A stretch of 64,000 nt of DNA from sequence record NC_041994.1; one strand, written 5' to 3'. Below, one piece after another: positions 63,990-64,000 of this stretch (within the stretch, counting starts at the first letter, position 1; each line of letters begins with the position of its first letter). The notes below the pieces were generated by a model, which was not told the origin of the DNA, ran no database searches, and worked only from the letters and a program-made list of their open reading frames with translations. The translations under genes and the position numbers were made by a program.

Positions 63990-64000
63990 CGGCATACGGC

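Noticed and set aside
1-64000. Alternative genetic code or stop-codon reassignment
   Set aside because: Conserved genes (tmk, dcd, thyA, helicase) read full-length in the standard code, and TAA, TGA and TAG all terminate genes.

Overview
This looks like a 64-kb segment of a phiKZ-like (Chimalliviridae-type) jumbo phage genome. The assignment is inferred from gene content and order, not from a database search. The window opens inside a very large tail-associated lytic-transglycosylase gene (phiKZ gp181-like) followed by a probable virion gene. It then runs through a mostly plus-strand accessory region containing tmk, dcd and thyA (dTTP supply), an SF2 helicase and two probable virion genes on the minus strand, four tRNAs (Tyr, Asp, Asn, Lys), and many small hypothetical genes. 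Several predicted nucleotide-handling or counter-defence proteins are present: Tad1-like and Tad2-like sponges, HD, DHH, Nudix, macro, SLOG, two DEDD exonucleases, a CX5R phosphatase and an SspB-like adaptor. The most striking unexplained pattern is a dispersed family of about 12-13 proteins that all end in (F/Y)-(D/E)-(D/E)-(I/V)-N-x-stop, usually on a shared 60-80 aa helical module. This module occurs alone, in a 5-gene tandem array, and fused to unrelated N-terminal domains. Other notable items are a tRNA-like RNA whose anticodon loop is replaced by an extended stem, two structured intergenic RNA candidates, an RNA-polymerase-like NADFDG(N) motif inside an accessory protein, a recurrent CTATATCAC promoter-like motif, and a recurrent GCATA-hairpin-TAT(G/T)CCGT gene-boundary element. 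All family calls come from motif recognition by eye and need HMM or structure confirmation.
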